Virus record (IMG/VR): IMGVR_UViG_3300033741_000108
Coordinates: 1 to 64,000 of that record
Direction: 5' to 3' (one strand)
DNA: 64,000 bases
From: a virus
Taxonomy: Duplodnaviria > Caudoviricetes
The position numbers were made by a program, and so were the translations under genes. Below, in pieces: positions 32,407 through 42,700 of the stretch. Within the stretch, counting starts at the first letter, position 1. Every line of letters starts with the position of its first letter. Below the pieces are notes generated by a model. It was not told where the DNA came from. It worked only from the letters and a program-made list of their open reading frames with translations, and did no database searches.

Positions 32407-32592
32407 ATGATAAAAATAAGAGTTAAGGGTAAAAGTAGTTTCAATGTAATTGTAGAAATAGAAGAAGTTGATTCTTTTGAAGAATTGGAATATCGTAATA
32501 TGGATAAAGATAAAAGTGATGACCTTATTAAAGACGCTTTAGCTAATCAACATAATATATACCCAGATTATGTTGTTTGTATTGATGATTAA
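32407..32592 (+). CDS. Hypothetical protein
   Basis: RBS and operon packing. Confidence 0.6.
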   Translation: MIKIRVKGKSSFNVIVEIEEVDSFEELEYRNMDKDKSDDLIKDALANQHNIYPDYVVCIDD

Positions 32593-32620
32593 TAGTAACT
32601 ATTATTAAAAGGAGGGTAGC

Positions 32621-32998
32621 ATGAGAAGTAGAGAAGAAAAACTCAGAGATGATTATAATCCATCTGAATTAGAAATAGAAGAATTTCCTTACAAGAAAGA
32701 ACAAATTAAAAAATGGGAAAAATACTTTGGTTTTAAAATTGAAGATGGAATGGTTAAAAACAATTTAGAATTTATAGAAGTTAAAAAGGAGGATAATATA
32801 AAAGTTAAGAAAAAAGATATAGTCAAATTATTTGAAAAAAGAACTGGTTATAATGCTAACCATAAAATTAATGTTGATAATTGGATAAATAGTAAACACT
32901 CACTCACAGATGATGAAGATATACTAGATATATTTAAACAAATTCATTATTTATTTGGTTCATTAGAATATGATTTTAAAATATTAGAAGATGAATAG
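32621..32998 (+). CDS. Hypothetical protein
   Basis: RBS; C-terminal half resembles ORF 38983-39138. Confidence 0.6.
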   Translation: MRSREEKLRDDYNPSELEIEEFPYKKEQIKKWEKYFGFKIEDGMVKNNLEFIEVKKEDNIKVKKKDIVKLFEKRTGYNANHKINVDNWINSKHSLTDDEDILDIFKQIHYLFGSLEYDFKILEDE

Positions 32999-33007
32999 GA
33001 GGATAAT

Positions 33008-33406
33008 ATGAGAGAAATATTATTTAAAGGTAAAGATATAGATACTGATAAATGGATTTATGGTTTCTATGGTGAAGGTGATGAATTTTGGGATAATGGC
33101 GGCGTTGAACATATGTATAGAGAAGGAGTTACAAAGCTATACTACATTGTTGATAAAAATTCTAAATCACATCTAGTATATCCAGAAACAGTAGGACAAT
33201 ATACAGGTTTAGCGTACGAAAATGATAATAAAATATTTGAAGGTGATATAGTAAAATATTTTGGGAGAAAAGGTTATATTTTATACATGAATGGAGTCTG
33301 GTTTATTTCATTTAATGAAGGTGGCTATAGACAATTGTCAGATTTGTATAGAAGTTTAAAAATTATAGGTAATATACACGACAATAAAGAATTGCTAGGA
33401 GGTTAA
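33008..33406 (+). CDS. YopX family protein
   Basis: MREILFKGK..WIYG, ETVGQYTGL..KIFEGDIV, IIGNIHDNKELL. Confidence 0.88.
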   Translation: MREILFKGKDIDTDKWIYGFYGEGDEFWDNGGVEHMYREGVTKLYYIVDKNSKSHLVYPETVGQYTGLAYENDNKIFEGDIVKYFGRKGYILYMNGVWFISFNEGGYRQLSDLYRSLKIIGNIHDNKELLGG

Positions 33407-33407
33407 T

Positions 33408-33659
33408 GTGGAAAATATTTTTATTGGTGGTGCTGTATATATGAACAGTGAAGAACAAGGTATTAAATATAAAGCATATTACATTGATACAATGCAAATA
33501 AAATTAGAGGTTGAGAGTGAATCTAAAAAAATATCAGAGGTGTACAATTGTGAATCAACATTAATTTTTGGTTTATTTGGAGTCGACAAGGATAATGTAA
33601 ATGCTTTAATACAATGTATGCTAGAAAAATTGGGGTGGGAACATGACAGAAAAATATAG
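33408..33659 (+). CDS. Hypothetical protein
   Basis: RBS and packing. Confidence 0.55.
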   Translation: MENIFIGGAVYMNSEEQGIKYKAYYIDTMQIKLEVESESKKISEVYNCESTLIFGLFGVDKDNVNALIQCMLEKLGWEHDRKI

Positions 33660-33936
33660 AGGAAACGAAGTAGAATATGATAATGAAATAGAACTATGGG
33701 TTTATTCTGACACAAAGAAAACAGTCAGAGATAATTGGGAAGAAGTCCCATGTGGTAATTGTGGTAAAAATTACACTAAAGAAGGACACGATGGTTGTCT
33801 AGGCACTTTGATAGGTGTAATGAATGCTTGTTGTGGACATGGTGATGGAGAGCCAAGTGTACAATTTCTTGATGGCAAATGTATATTTGGTGAAGATGCT
33901 AAAGCAATATTAGATATATTAAAGAGAAATAGTTAG
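33643..33936 (+). CDS. Cys/His-rich conserved phage protein
   Basis: PCGNCG..GHDGCLGTL..NACCGHG. Confidence 0.65.
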   Translation: MTEKYRGNEVEYDNEIELWVYSDTKKTVRDNWEEVPCGNCGKNYTKEGHDGCLGTLIGVMNACCGHGDGEPSVQFLDGKCIFGEDAKAILDILKRNS

Positions 33937-33948
33937 GGGAAGGATAAT

Positions 33949-34278
33949 ATGGATAAATTAAATAATTTCACATTGGGGCAGATTGCTAGTAATTGCTATA
34001 TGGTTCAACGAGGAAAGCCAGCTTCTGTATCAGCTATAAAAAAATCTGTAGCTGAAAAATTAAAAGAATATGTAGAAGATAATTATGGATTAAATGTATT
34101 CATAGATATATTAAATGATGAATGGGTTGAATTTTGGATATATAAACACGAATATCTGATTGATATAATTAAACAATTACCAGATATACCAAAAAATAAT
34201 TATGACCATTGGGTATTAGGAAAAATATTTGGATATTCTGACGAATCTATAAAGGAATTTATAACATCTATTAAATAG
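33949..34278 (+). CDS. Conserved hypothetical protein
   Basis: MVQRGKP..HWVLGKIFGYSDESI. Confidence 0.65.
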   Translation: MDKLNNFTLGQIASNCYMVQRGKPASVSAIKKSVAEKLKEYVEDNYGLNVFIDILNDEWVEFWIYKHEYLIDIIKQLPDIPKNNYDHWVLGKIFGYSDESIKEFITSIK

Positions 34279-34311
34279 TATGGATAAAATAGTTAAATAG
34301 GAGGGTAATTA

Positions 34312-35064
34312 ATGAATGTGGGAAAGTCTTTTGAGAAAGATATTCAAGACTCAATAAACAATATGAATAATGTATTTATTAGGCGACTGAGAGACGTACA
34401 GTTCTATGCTGGCTCAGTATCAATAGCTGATTATAGCTGTTACAAGAAACCTAACTTATTCTTATTTGAATTAAAAACATCTAAAGGAATATCAATATCT
34501 ATATCTGAGAAATATAAAACTCATAATAAAACAAAAGATGGTCATAAAAAAGGTGACTGCAAATTAGATGATAATGGTGACAAAATAGTATCTCACTATG
34601 GTAGATTAAATAAAGATCAGTTAGATATGATGATAGAAGCTAGTAAAGTTCATGGTGCACATGTAGGGTTTATAATGGAATTTAGAAATGCTAATAAATG
34701 TTTTTATGTATCTTTAACTAAGATACTAGAGTTTATAAATGACGATACTAGAGAGCGTAAGAGCATACCAGTGAGCTTTTTAGATGACGAAGGTCTATTA
34801 CTACCTAGAGTTAAGAAAAGCTCTGTATGGGACGCTGAGGAGCAGGAATTGATACTTGATCTTGTGGGTAATGGTTACACAGGTAAAGAAGTTGTGAGTA
34901 AATTAAAGGATAAATTACCCGATAGAAATGATTCAAGTATCAAAAGTAAATTTTATAAGATAAGGAAAACCAAAAAAATTAAGCCAGTAACACAGTATAT
35001 ACATTATGAATATGATAGCAGTATACTTGATATGATTGTTGAGCATGAAAAAAGTTTAAAATAA
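34312..35064 (+). CDS. recU: RecU-like Holliday junction resolvase with C-terminal Myb/HTH-like extension
   Basis: GKSFE, ADY, FELKTS, DQLD, RKSI; WDAEEQELIL..LPDRNDSSIKSK. Confidence 0.7.
   Translation: MNVGKSFEKDIQDSINNMNNVFIRRLRDVQFYAGSVSIADYSCYKKPNLFLFELKTSKGISISISEKYKTHNKTKDGHKKGDCKLDDNGDKIVSHYGRLNKDQLDMMIEASKVHGAHVGFIMEFRNANKCFYVSLTKILEFINDDTRERKSIPVSFLDDEGLLLPRVKKSSVWDAEEQELILDLVGNGYTGKEVVSKLKDKLPDRNDSSIKSKFYKIRKTKKIKPVTQYIHYEYDSSILDMIVEHEKSLK
34754..34836. repeat. Long imperfect inverted repeat inside recU (hairpin family member)
   Basis: AGCGT..CATAC..GAGCTTTTT / GAAAAGCTC.GTATG..ACGCT; loop GGTCTATTACTA. Confidence 0.55.
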
Positions 35065-35129
35065 CACTTGCATTATATTTATTAGTGTGGTATTATATAT
35101 TTAGTAGATGATAAAAGGATTATAAAGGA

Positions 35130-35390
35130 GTGATAATATTGGATTGTAATTGTAAAAGATGTACTGGAAGAGATGTTGATAAATACTTGAAAAAATCAGA
35201 GGAGGATAGGATGAAAAACACAATTGAAGATGCTTATGATAGTGTTGTAGATGGAATGAATTCATTAAATAGATTAGTTGATTTAATTGATGAAGATGAT
35301 AAAAATATTGAAAAGATTATTGAGTATACAGATAAGATAGAATATAATCTTAGCAATATACAAGATGATTTACTTGGATTGGATAGTTAA
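35130..35390 (+). CDS. Hypothetical protein (start may be 35211)
   Basis: Promoter upstream (TTGCAT-17-TATTAT); second RBS before ATG 35211. Confidence 0.55.
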   Translation: MIILDCNCKRCTGRDVDKYLKKSEEDRMKNTIEDAYDSVVDGMNSLNRLVDLIDEDDKNIEKIIEYTDKIEYNLSNIQDDLLGLDS

Positions 35391-35401
35391 AGGAGGATAA
35401 G

Positions 35402-35959
35402 ATGAAAGCAATTATGAAAGTAATATGTACTAAGGATTGGAAAAGAGAAAATGTTAAAAAAGGAACAATTGTTAGTGTTGATGATAATAGAGAAATAATT
35501 TATCGTGGAGAATTTTTATGTGAAGTTGGTTCAGCTTATTTTGATGTATATTTTGAAATATATAATGAAATATCTGAAAAAATATTTGATGCTTTAGGTT
35601 TAGAAGAAGGCAAAGTGTATAATGGAGGTTGCAATACTTATAGAATAAAAAACGGAGTTTTAGAATGCAAGCTTCTTGGTGATTGGGAAACTTCACTTAA
35701 TAATTTTCAGCAAGTTATTGATACAGATTTTGTAGAAATTGAAGTACCCTTTGAGGAAAGAATAGAAAATGGTGACAAATATTATTTTATTAGTACTACC
35801 CCACGCCTAGATTTAAATTATACAACTTATGATGGAAATGATTTTGACAAAGGTTTAATAAAGATAAACAACTTTTTTGAAAGAGCAGAAGATGCAGAAA
35901 AGGCTTTAGATGAAGTGTCAGTGATATTAGTAGGTAGTATTAAAAAAAGGAGAGTGTAA
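35402..35959 (+). CDS. Hypothetical protein, modular paralog family
   Basis: Full-length similarity to 36444-36992. Confidence 0.7.
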   Translation: MKAIMKVICTKDWKRENVKKGTIVSVDDNREIIYRGEFLCEVGSAYFDVYFEIYNEISEKIFDALGLEEGKVYNGGCNTYRIKNGVLECKLLGDWETSLNNFQQVIDTDFVEIEVPFEERIENGDKYYFISTTPRLDLNYTTYDGNDFDKGLIKINNFFERAEDAEKALDEVSVILVGSIKKRRV

Positions 35960-35962
35960 TTA

Positions 35963-36199
35963 ATGAATTTTAAGAGAGATTTAGAAATAAGTATTGATGC
36001 AACTGTAGACGCAATTTCAAGAATGACTGGTGTAGATGAAATACCTAGCTTTATCAAGCAGGTTAAAATGGATAATGTATACAAGCAATATCTTATTATG
36101 AGAAGAAAAGCTCTATCATATAAGAATGTAGATGAATTAAATAAATATGCTGAAATTTTAGACTTCACAGTTGAATTAAGTGGTATGAAAAGAAACTAA
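35963..36199 (+). CDS. Hypothetical protein
   Basis: RBS and packing. Confidence 0.6.
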   Translation: MNFKRDLEISIDATVDAISRMTGVDEIPSFIKQVKMDNVYKQYLIMRRKALSYKNVDELNKYAEILDFTVELSGMKRN

Positions 36200-36420
36200 T
36201 GTCATTTATTGATAGTGTTGAGGAAGATTTAAGAGAATCAGAGGAGGAAAATAGTGATGAGTTAATTAATAAATTCCATGACTTTCGTTCAGTAGTATTA
36301 GAATCATGTGTGTTTGATGAGGTTAATACAAAAGATGAGTATTTGAGAACTATATTAACATATATAGCATTAACATTCTCTTTTGTAACAGTATTATCTG
36401 ATGAACTTGATGCAGAGTAA
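36199..36420 (+). CDS. Hypothetical protein
   Basis: TAATG coupling. Confidence 0.6.
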   Translation: MSFIDSVEEDLRESEEENSDELINKFHDFRSVVLESCVFDEVNTKDEYLRTILTYIALTFSFVTVLSDELDAE

Positions 36421-36443
36421 GGAAAAATAAAAGGAGGAGTTTT

Positions 36444-36992
36444 ATGAAAGTAATATTTACAGAAAATATTTGTCTCTATGGTATATTAGTTCGGGAAGAT
36501 GATATCTTAGATGTGGATACGTCTGGTAGTTCTAGATATATATATGTAGGCTCAACTAAATATGATTTAGACAATTTGTGGGAATACTTTGAAGTTTATG
36601 ATGATACAAATGACAAAGTATTTGAGTTATTAAGACTCGAAAAAGGTAAAATATATGAATTCCGTGGAATAAGATATAGAATTTTTAATAATGAAATTCA
36701 ACTATTTAACTTTGATGGATGGGATGAGAGTTATTTAGATTTTAATTCAGTAATAAATGGAGGTTTAAAAGAAATCAATCCACCTTTCGAAGAAATAATT
36801 GAAGTTGGTGATAAGTATTATATTATCGGAGCTGATTGTATGGTATATAGTGATACTTATGGAGCTAATAGATTAGATAGAAACAGAATACAAGTTAATA
36901 ATTTCTTTGAAACAGAAATTGAAGCTATGGAAGCGAGAGGGAAGGTTACAAACACACTAAAGGAGTTCAAAGATGAAAAAACTAACACTTAA
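36444..36992 (+). CDS. Hypothetical protein, modular paralog family
   Basis: Similar to 35402-35959 (LEKGKIY..YRI, PFEE.IE.GDKYY, NNFFE). Confidence 0.7.
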   Translation: MKVIFTENICLYGILVREDDILDVDTSGSSRYIYVGSTKYDLDNLWEYFEVYDDTNDKVFELLRLEKGKIYEFRGIRYRIFNNEIQLFNFDGWDESYLDFNSVINGGLKEINPPFEEIIEVGDKYYIIGADCMVYSDTYGANRLDRNRIQVNNFFETEIEAMEARGKVTNTLKEFKDEKTNT

Positions 36993-37278
36993 TATACAAC
37001 TTAAATTTGATAATGTAGAAGCTACCATTGGTGATTTTGATTATGAGACTAGTGGTAGACAAGACTTAAAAATAGTAGTTGAAGATAAAGAATGGTTGGA
37101 TGAATATGAGCAAAAAAATGAAGTAGAACAAAGTTTGGTTTTGCAAAAAATATTAGGCAGTTGCATTGATACTTACGCAGACACTTACACAGATTTTATG
37201 ATGGAATTGTATGATTTTGATGAAGAATATGTGCAGGATAAGATTATGGTTACAGTTAGTGAGATTATAGAGGACTAG
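36973..37278 (+). CDS. Hypothetical acidic protein
   Basis: AAGGAG RBS; packing. Confidence 0.6.
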   Translation: MKKLTLNIQLKFDNVEATIGDFDYETSGRQDLKIVVEDKEWLDEYEQKNEVEQSLVLQKILGSCIDTYADTYTDFMMELYDFDEEYVQDKIMVTVSEIIED

Positions 37279-37298
37279 AGTTTAAAAAGGAGTGATTT

Positions 37299-37949
37299 AT
37301 GACTATTGTAGTGGGATATTTAGATAATGATGGTATAGCACATATCGCAAGTGACGGTATGGGTAGTAATGGATATAATAATATGGATACATCTAATCAA
37401 AAGATACAAGTTACAAAAGATAAAAATTTATTAATTGGTTATGCTGGTAGATTTGGTAATTTTGAACTACAGTATTACAGCTATTTACCAGAGCCAACAT
37501 ATGAAGAAAATGATAATGGTGGTTATGATTTAGTATTACCAAAGGTTGATGAGGAATATTTCTTTACTGAATTTAGGTATAAACTTAGAGAAAAGGTAAT
37601 GAAGATGAGATTTTTAGACCTAGATAAAAATAAAAAATCACAGGATAAAGCAAAAGATACTGGCGATGAAATATCTTTGATAGTAGCTCACAATGATATA
37701 TTATATCAAGTGCAATGGGGGTATGAATTATTACCTGTATCTAAAGGTGAATTTGTATCGATAGGTTCTGGCACATATCATGCAGAAGCGTCTATAAATA
37801 CATTTAGAAGGTTAAAAGAAAAAGATTTGTCACCAAAAGAAATGGTTATTGAGGCTGTAAAATCAGCTACAGATAGCGTTGTAAGTGTAGGTAAAGGTAT
37901 TTATTATGCTAATACTAAAGATTACAAAGTCGAACGTATAGAAGAGTGA
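37299..37949 (+). CDS. HslV/proteasome-beta-like Ntn hydrolase
   Basis: N-terminal (M)TIVVG..ASDG, K, IGYAG, SIGSG motifs. Confidence 0.75.
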   Translation: MTIVVGYLDNDGIAHIASDGMGSNGYNNMDTSNQKIQVTKDKNLLIGYAGRFGNFELQYYSYLPEPTYEENDNGGYDLVLPKVDEEYFFTEFRYKLREKVMKMRFLDLDKNKKSQDKAKDTGDEISLIVAHNDILYQVQWGYELLPVSKGEFVSIGSGTYHAEASINTFRRLKEKDLSPKEMVIEAVKSATDSVVSVGKGIYYANTKDYKVERIEE

Positions 37950-37960
37950 AATAAGCGATT

Positions 37961-38042
37961 TAAAGGTGTATAGCAGACGTTTTTATGAGTTATAGGTCTA
38001 TTAGTATGGTAAACTATAAAAAGCGTCTGGCTCATACATTTA
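37961..38042. repeat. Long imperfect inverted repeat (hairpin family member)
   Basis: TGTATAGCAGACGTTTTTAT / ATAAAAAGCGTCTGGCTCATACA; loop GGTCTATTAGTA. Confidence 0.7.
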
Positions 38043-38057
38043 TAAAGGGAGGTTGTT

Positions 38058-38327
38058 ATGAGTAGGAAAATACATTGTTCTGTTTTATTGTTAAATGATA
38101 AAATTATAGATTGGAAAGTTGGGAAACATAAAAAGGAAGTTCCAGAAGCATTTCTGATATCTTTTATAAAATGTAAATTTGAATCATCTAATTTAAAAGT
38201 TAAAAACAAGACATTTATTTCAAATGAGCGTAAAGATACAAAAGAGATTTATGAAGTGAAAGCAAAGGATTTTATGAAAAATTGGGAAATCCATAAATCA
38301 TTTGCTGGATTCTATCTTCCATATTAA
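38058..38327 (+). CDS. Hypothetical protein
   Basis: GGGAGG RBS. Confidence 0.6.
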   Translation: MSRKIHCSVLLLNDKIIDWKVGKHKKEVPEAFLISFIKCKFESSNLKVKNKTFISNERKDTKEIYEVKAKDFMKNWEIHKSFAGFYLPY

Positions 38328-38353
38328 AAATACAAAAATAGAAGGAGGATAAT

Positions 38354-38569
38354 ATGATCAAAGATAAATTTGTTGCAATAAAAGATTGCATAGAAGGTAA
38401 GTATAATAAAAATTTAGATTGTGAGATGATAAACAGTTTTAAAAAAGGTGATAAATTTGATTTAGAACAACCAGAATTATATACAGAATATGTAATGAGT
38501 AAAGAAGGTTATATAATGTGTGCTAAAAACTCACCATTTTATAAGGAATTTTTCGAGGGAGCTTTTTAA
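38354..38569 (+). CDS. Hypothetical protein (module A of paralog family)
   Basis: FVAIKDC..FKKGD..MCAKNSPFYKEFFE resembles the N-terminus of 35402. Confidence 0.6.
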   Translation: MIKDKFVAIKDCIEGKYNKNLDCEMINSFKKGDKFDLEQPELYTEYVMSKEGYIMCAKNSPFYKEFFEGAF

Positions 38570-38579
38570 GGAGGGTAAA

Positions 38580-38963
38580 ATGAAATTTACAAGTGAAGAA
38601 TTATTAGATCAACTAGGTTTAGGGGTTGGCGATAAAATAAATATTGAAGGTTTTTGTGATAATCCATGTACAATCATAAACACACATCATATTAGAAGTA
38701 AAGATGGGTCTATTCTTAATTTATATTTATTATTAGATGAAGATTTTAAGGTAGTAGAAGATAAAATTTGGTATATTGATGAAATTGAAAATGGAGATGT
38801 GTATTATTATTTAGACCAATACTTTAATATATGCAGAGATGAATACGGGGAACCCTATTATCATAGAATGTTAATAATGAATGGTGTGTCATTTAAAAAA
38901 CGAAGATATGCTGATGAATATTGGGACGAGTTACTGGATTTTAATGAAAAGTATAAAGAATAA
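38580..38963 (+). CDS. Hypothetical protein (modules B+C of paralog family)
   Basis: AAGGAGG RBS before ATG 38580; LGLGVGDKI, IENGDVYYY. Confidence 0.65.
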   Translation: MKFTSEELLDQLGLGVGDKINIEGFCDNPCTIINTHHIRSKDGSILNLYLLLDEDFKVVEDKIWYIDEIENGDVYYYLDQYFNICRDEYGEPYYHRMLIMNGVSFKKRRYADEYWDELLDFNEKYKE

Positions 38964-38982
38964 TTTAAAATAAGGAGGGAAT

Positions 38983-39138
38983 ATGAAATATACTAAGAAA
39001 GATATATCAAAATTGTTTCAAGAAAAAAGTGGTTTAAAAGCAGGCGATAGAATAAGTGTTAGATATTGGGGTGGAAACCCATATACAGTATCAGATGATT
39101 TTAAAATATCAAATAGCGAGGGGTACGTTGAGAGATAA
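38983..39138 (+). CDS. Small hypothetical protein (51 aa), possibly truncated paralog
   Basis: AAGGAGG RBS; KKDISKLFQEKSGLKAGDRISV resembles the C-terminal half of 32621. Confidence 0.55.
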   Translation: MKYTKKDISKLFQEKSGLKAGDRISVRYWGGNPYTVSDDFKISNSEGYVER

Positions 39139-39168
39139 TAGTGTTGTTGAGTATGATAGGGAGGATAT

Positions 39169-39381
39169 ATGAATAAAGAAGATATAGTTATATTTAAATT
39201 TAGTAGAGATGAAACACCTATAGGTGATGTTGTAGAATATTATAAAAATATTAAAGATGCTTTTGATGATAAAATTGTTGTCGCTATAGAAGATACTATG
39301 GGATTGTATGACATACATGGTAATGATTTGTCTGATCATAATAGGGAGTTGCTAGAGGAAGCTATTAGTAAGTTTGAGTAG
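39169..39381 (+). CDS. Hypothetical protein
   Basis: GGGAGG RBS. Confidence 0.6.
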   Translation: MNKEDIVIFKFSRDETPIGDVVEYYKNIKDAFDDKIVVAIEDTMGLYDIHGNDLSDHNRELLEEAISKFE

Positions 39382-39392
39382 GAGTTGATGAT

Positions 39393-39701
39393 ATGTTTAA
39401 AACAGGTAAAATTTTATTTGGTAAACGAGGAGAAGGTAAAACTACTGAGCTATTAAAGCTATTAAAAGACAATGATTGCTTGATAGTTTTTAATAAAAAT
39501 ATGGCTAGACACTATGATTCACTAATGCCATATTGGATAGACGTTAAAGTTTTAAGTATTGGTGATAATTTACGAGGTTATGAATTTAATAATGTGTATA
39601 TTGATAATGCTGATATTATTATGAGAAATGATCCAGCAAAACTTGACTGGTTGATGAATGATAGTGGGTATAATGTAGCCTTGATGACTATGAGTATATA
39701 A
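39393..39701 (+). CDS. Small P-loop NTPase-like protein
   Basis: GKRGEGKTT Walker A; LRG..VYIDNAD Walker B-like. Confidence 0.6.
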   Translation: MFKTGKILFGKRGEGKTTELLKLLKDNDCLIVFNKNMARHYDSLMPYWIDVKVLSIGDNLRGYEFNNVYIDNADIIMRNDPAKLDWLMNDSGYNVALMTMSI

Positions 39702-39713
39702 GGAGATGATAAG

Positions 39714-42700
39714 GTGAAGATAATAAAGAGAGATGGTAGTACTGTTGATTTTGACAGTAGTAAGATAGTAGAAGCGATTAAAGGGGCATGTTCAGAAACA
39801 GAATATAAAAATGATATAAACAAGATTAATAAGATAGTTGATGAAATAGTTAAGGAAAATAAGTTCCATCATAATTTACAAGGTAGGTGGCTAAGTGTGG
39901 AAAATGTTCAAGACTTAGTCGAGTCATGGTTAATGGTTTATGGGATGTATGCAGAAGCCAAGAGGTATATTTTGTACAGAAGTGAGCAGTCTCAAAAAAG
40001 ACACAAAGAATGGGATATGACAGATTTACAAAGAGATGTGTTGCACAGAAAATATATACATGATGGTGAAAATTTTAATGGTTTTATTAAAAGAGTTGGT
40101 AATAATGAACCAAAATTAATGAAGGCTATTAGAGATAGAAAATTTTTATTTGCTGGTAGAGTTTTAGATGGCAGGGGAAGTAAAGAACCAAAAACATATT
40201 CAAATTGTTTTGTATTACCAAGTCCAAAAGATAATTTAGAGGATATATTTGATGTGGGTAAGCGAATGGCTATAACATACTCCCTCGGAGGTGGATGTGG
40301 TGTAAATTTAGAAAATCTTAGACCAAATGGTTCAGACACACATAATTCAGCTGAGAAGTCAACTGGTAGCGTTAGTTTTGGAAGTCTATATAGTTTTATT
40401 ACTGGTTTAATTAGCCAAAAGGGGCGAAGAGGTGCTTTAATGTTAAGTTTACCTATTAGTCATCCAGATATAAAAGAATTTATAACAATAAAATCTGATT
40501 TAGATAAATTAACTAAGGCGAATATATCAGTTATGATTACAGATGATTTTATGGAAGCTGTAAGAGAATCTAATGATTTTACAACTTCATTTAAAGTCGA
40601 ACATGATAATGGAGAGACAGAATTAATAGAGAAAACATATAATGCAAAACAATTGTTCAATACACTTGCAAAACAAAACCATGATTTTGCAGAACCAGGT
40701 GTTTTATATTGGGATAGAATAAATAACTGGTATTTGTTGAGTGAAGATACAGAATATAATTATGATTCAACGAATCCTTGTTTTACTGGTGATATGAAAT
40801 TATTAACATCAGATGGGTACAAGACGTTCAAGGAATTGTCTGGTAACAATGTTGAGTTAATTAATAATGATGGTGAAAAAAGTAATGGCAGTGTTTGGAG
40901 TAATGGAATAAAGAATACCGTAGAAGTTAAATTTTATGGTGATAAAGACCCAATCAAATGTACTGATGACCATGTGTTTATGACAAATGATGGGAAATCT
41001 TGTGAAGCGATAGAGTTGCAGGGCAAAAGAATAATGCCATTTGTAAAAGTAAATAATGAAATTAATGAATATGTTAAATATGGATTTTTACAGGGTGATG
41101 GATGCTTAGGAAGACTAGATTCTGACGCACACAAAGGGCTTGAAATTAATCTTTCAAGTGATGATGGTGATGTTAGAGATTTGTTTGGTATAAAAAAACA
41201 TGGTAGAACTGTGTATATAAATGGATATAATGATATATTAAGTGAGCTTGGATTTTCTTCAAACAAATTGCCGACTAGAGACTTACCGCATACAATAAGG
41301 TTATGGGATGACAAAGATAAAAGAATGTTTTTAAAGGGTCTCTATTCTGCCAATGGATCTGTTATAAAGGGGTATAGAGTTGCCTTGAAGACAACTAATA
41401 AATATTTAGCCAAAGATGTAGTTGAATTGCTCTCTGGGTTTAATATTGAGGCATATATTACTACAAATAAATCACGCAAACAAAAATTTAGTAATGGAGT
41501 ATATACAATGAAAGAGTCTTATGATGTTAATATCTCAAGATATAATTCAATATACAAGTTTAGCGAACTTATTGGGTTCATACATTCATATAAGAATGAA
41601 TCATTGTCTGATTTAATCATAGGAAAATCACCTGTGGTATCATCTATTAAAGAAATAGGTGAAGAAGAGGTATTTGATTTTAATGAGCCGATTAATAATT
41701 GGGGTATAGTGGAAGGTGTAATTGCACATAACTGTGCGGAAAAGCCTCTCCCAGCCAATTCAAATTGTCTCTTAGCCTCAATAAATTTATCAGCTCTAGT
41801 TGGTAATAAATTTGAGGACAATGCTAAGTTTAATTTTGATGAGTTTAGTGAGTTAGTAAAACTTGGCGTTATTCAATTAAATAAAGTATTAGACGAAGGC
41901 ATAGATAGATTACCTTTTGAAGAAAATAAACAATTTGGTAGAGATTATAGACCAATTGGTTTAGGCTATTTTGGCTATGGTGACATGTTAATTAAATTAG
42001 GTATGAAGTATGGATCAAAGGAAGCTTTAGAATTTACACATAAAGTTGGAGATAAAATGATTAAAGTAGCATTAGAAACTTCTGCTTTATTAGCGAAAGA
42101 ACATGGTGCATTCCCTAAATTTAAATTAAAAGAAGTTTTAGAATCGCCATTCTTTAAAGAACACACTAATGATAAAATAACAAAGCTAGTTAAAGAACAT
42201 GGGTTATATAATGCTGAGTTATTATCAATAGCACCAACTGGTAGTTTATCGCTATTAGCTGGGACATCCAGTGGAATTGAACCTATATATAAGATATCAT
42301 ATACTAGAAAAACTGAAAGTATATCAGAAGATGGTGATGCTTATTATAAAGTGTTTACACCAATAGCTAGAGAGTATATGGATAAAACTGGTATAACTAA
42401 TGAAGATGACTTACCAGATTATTTTGTTACTTCTGGTGACCTAACAGCATTACAAAGAATCAAAACGCAGTCAGTATGGCAACACTATATTGATGCTAGT
42501 ATATCATCGACTGTTAATTTGCATGAATCAGCTACAGTTGAAGATGTAAAAGATATATACATGTTAGCTTGGGAATATGGGTTAAAGGGTGTTACAGTAT
42601 TCAGAGATGGCTGTAAGAGAGCTGGTATTCTTGGTAATCATGATAAAGATAAAAAAGACAAATCAGTTAAAGATATGTCAGTAGATGATTTACAATTAGA

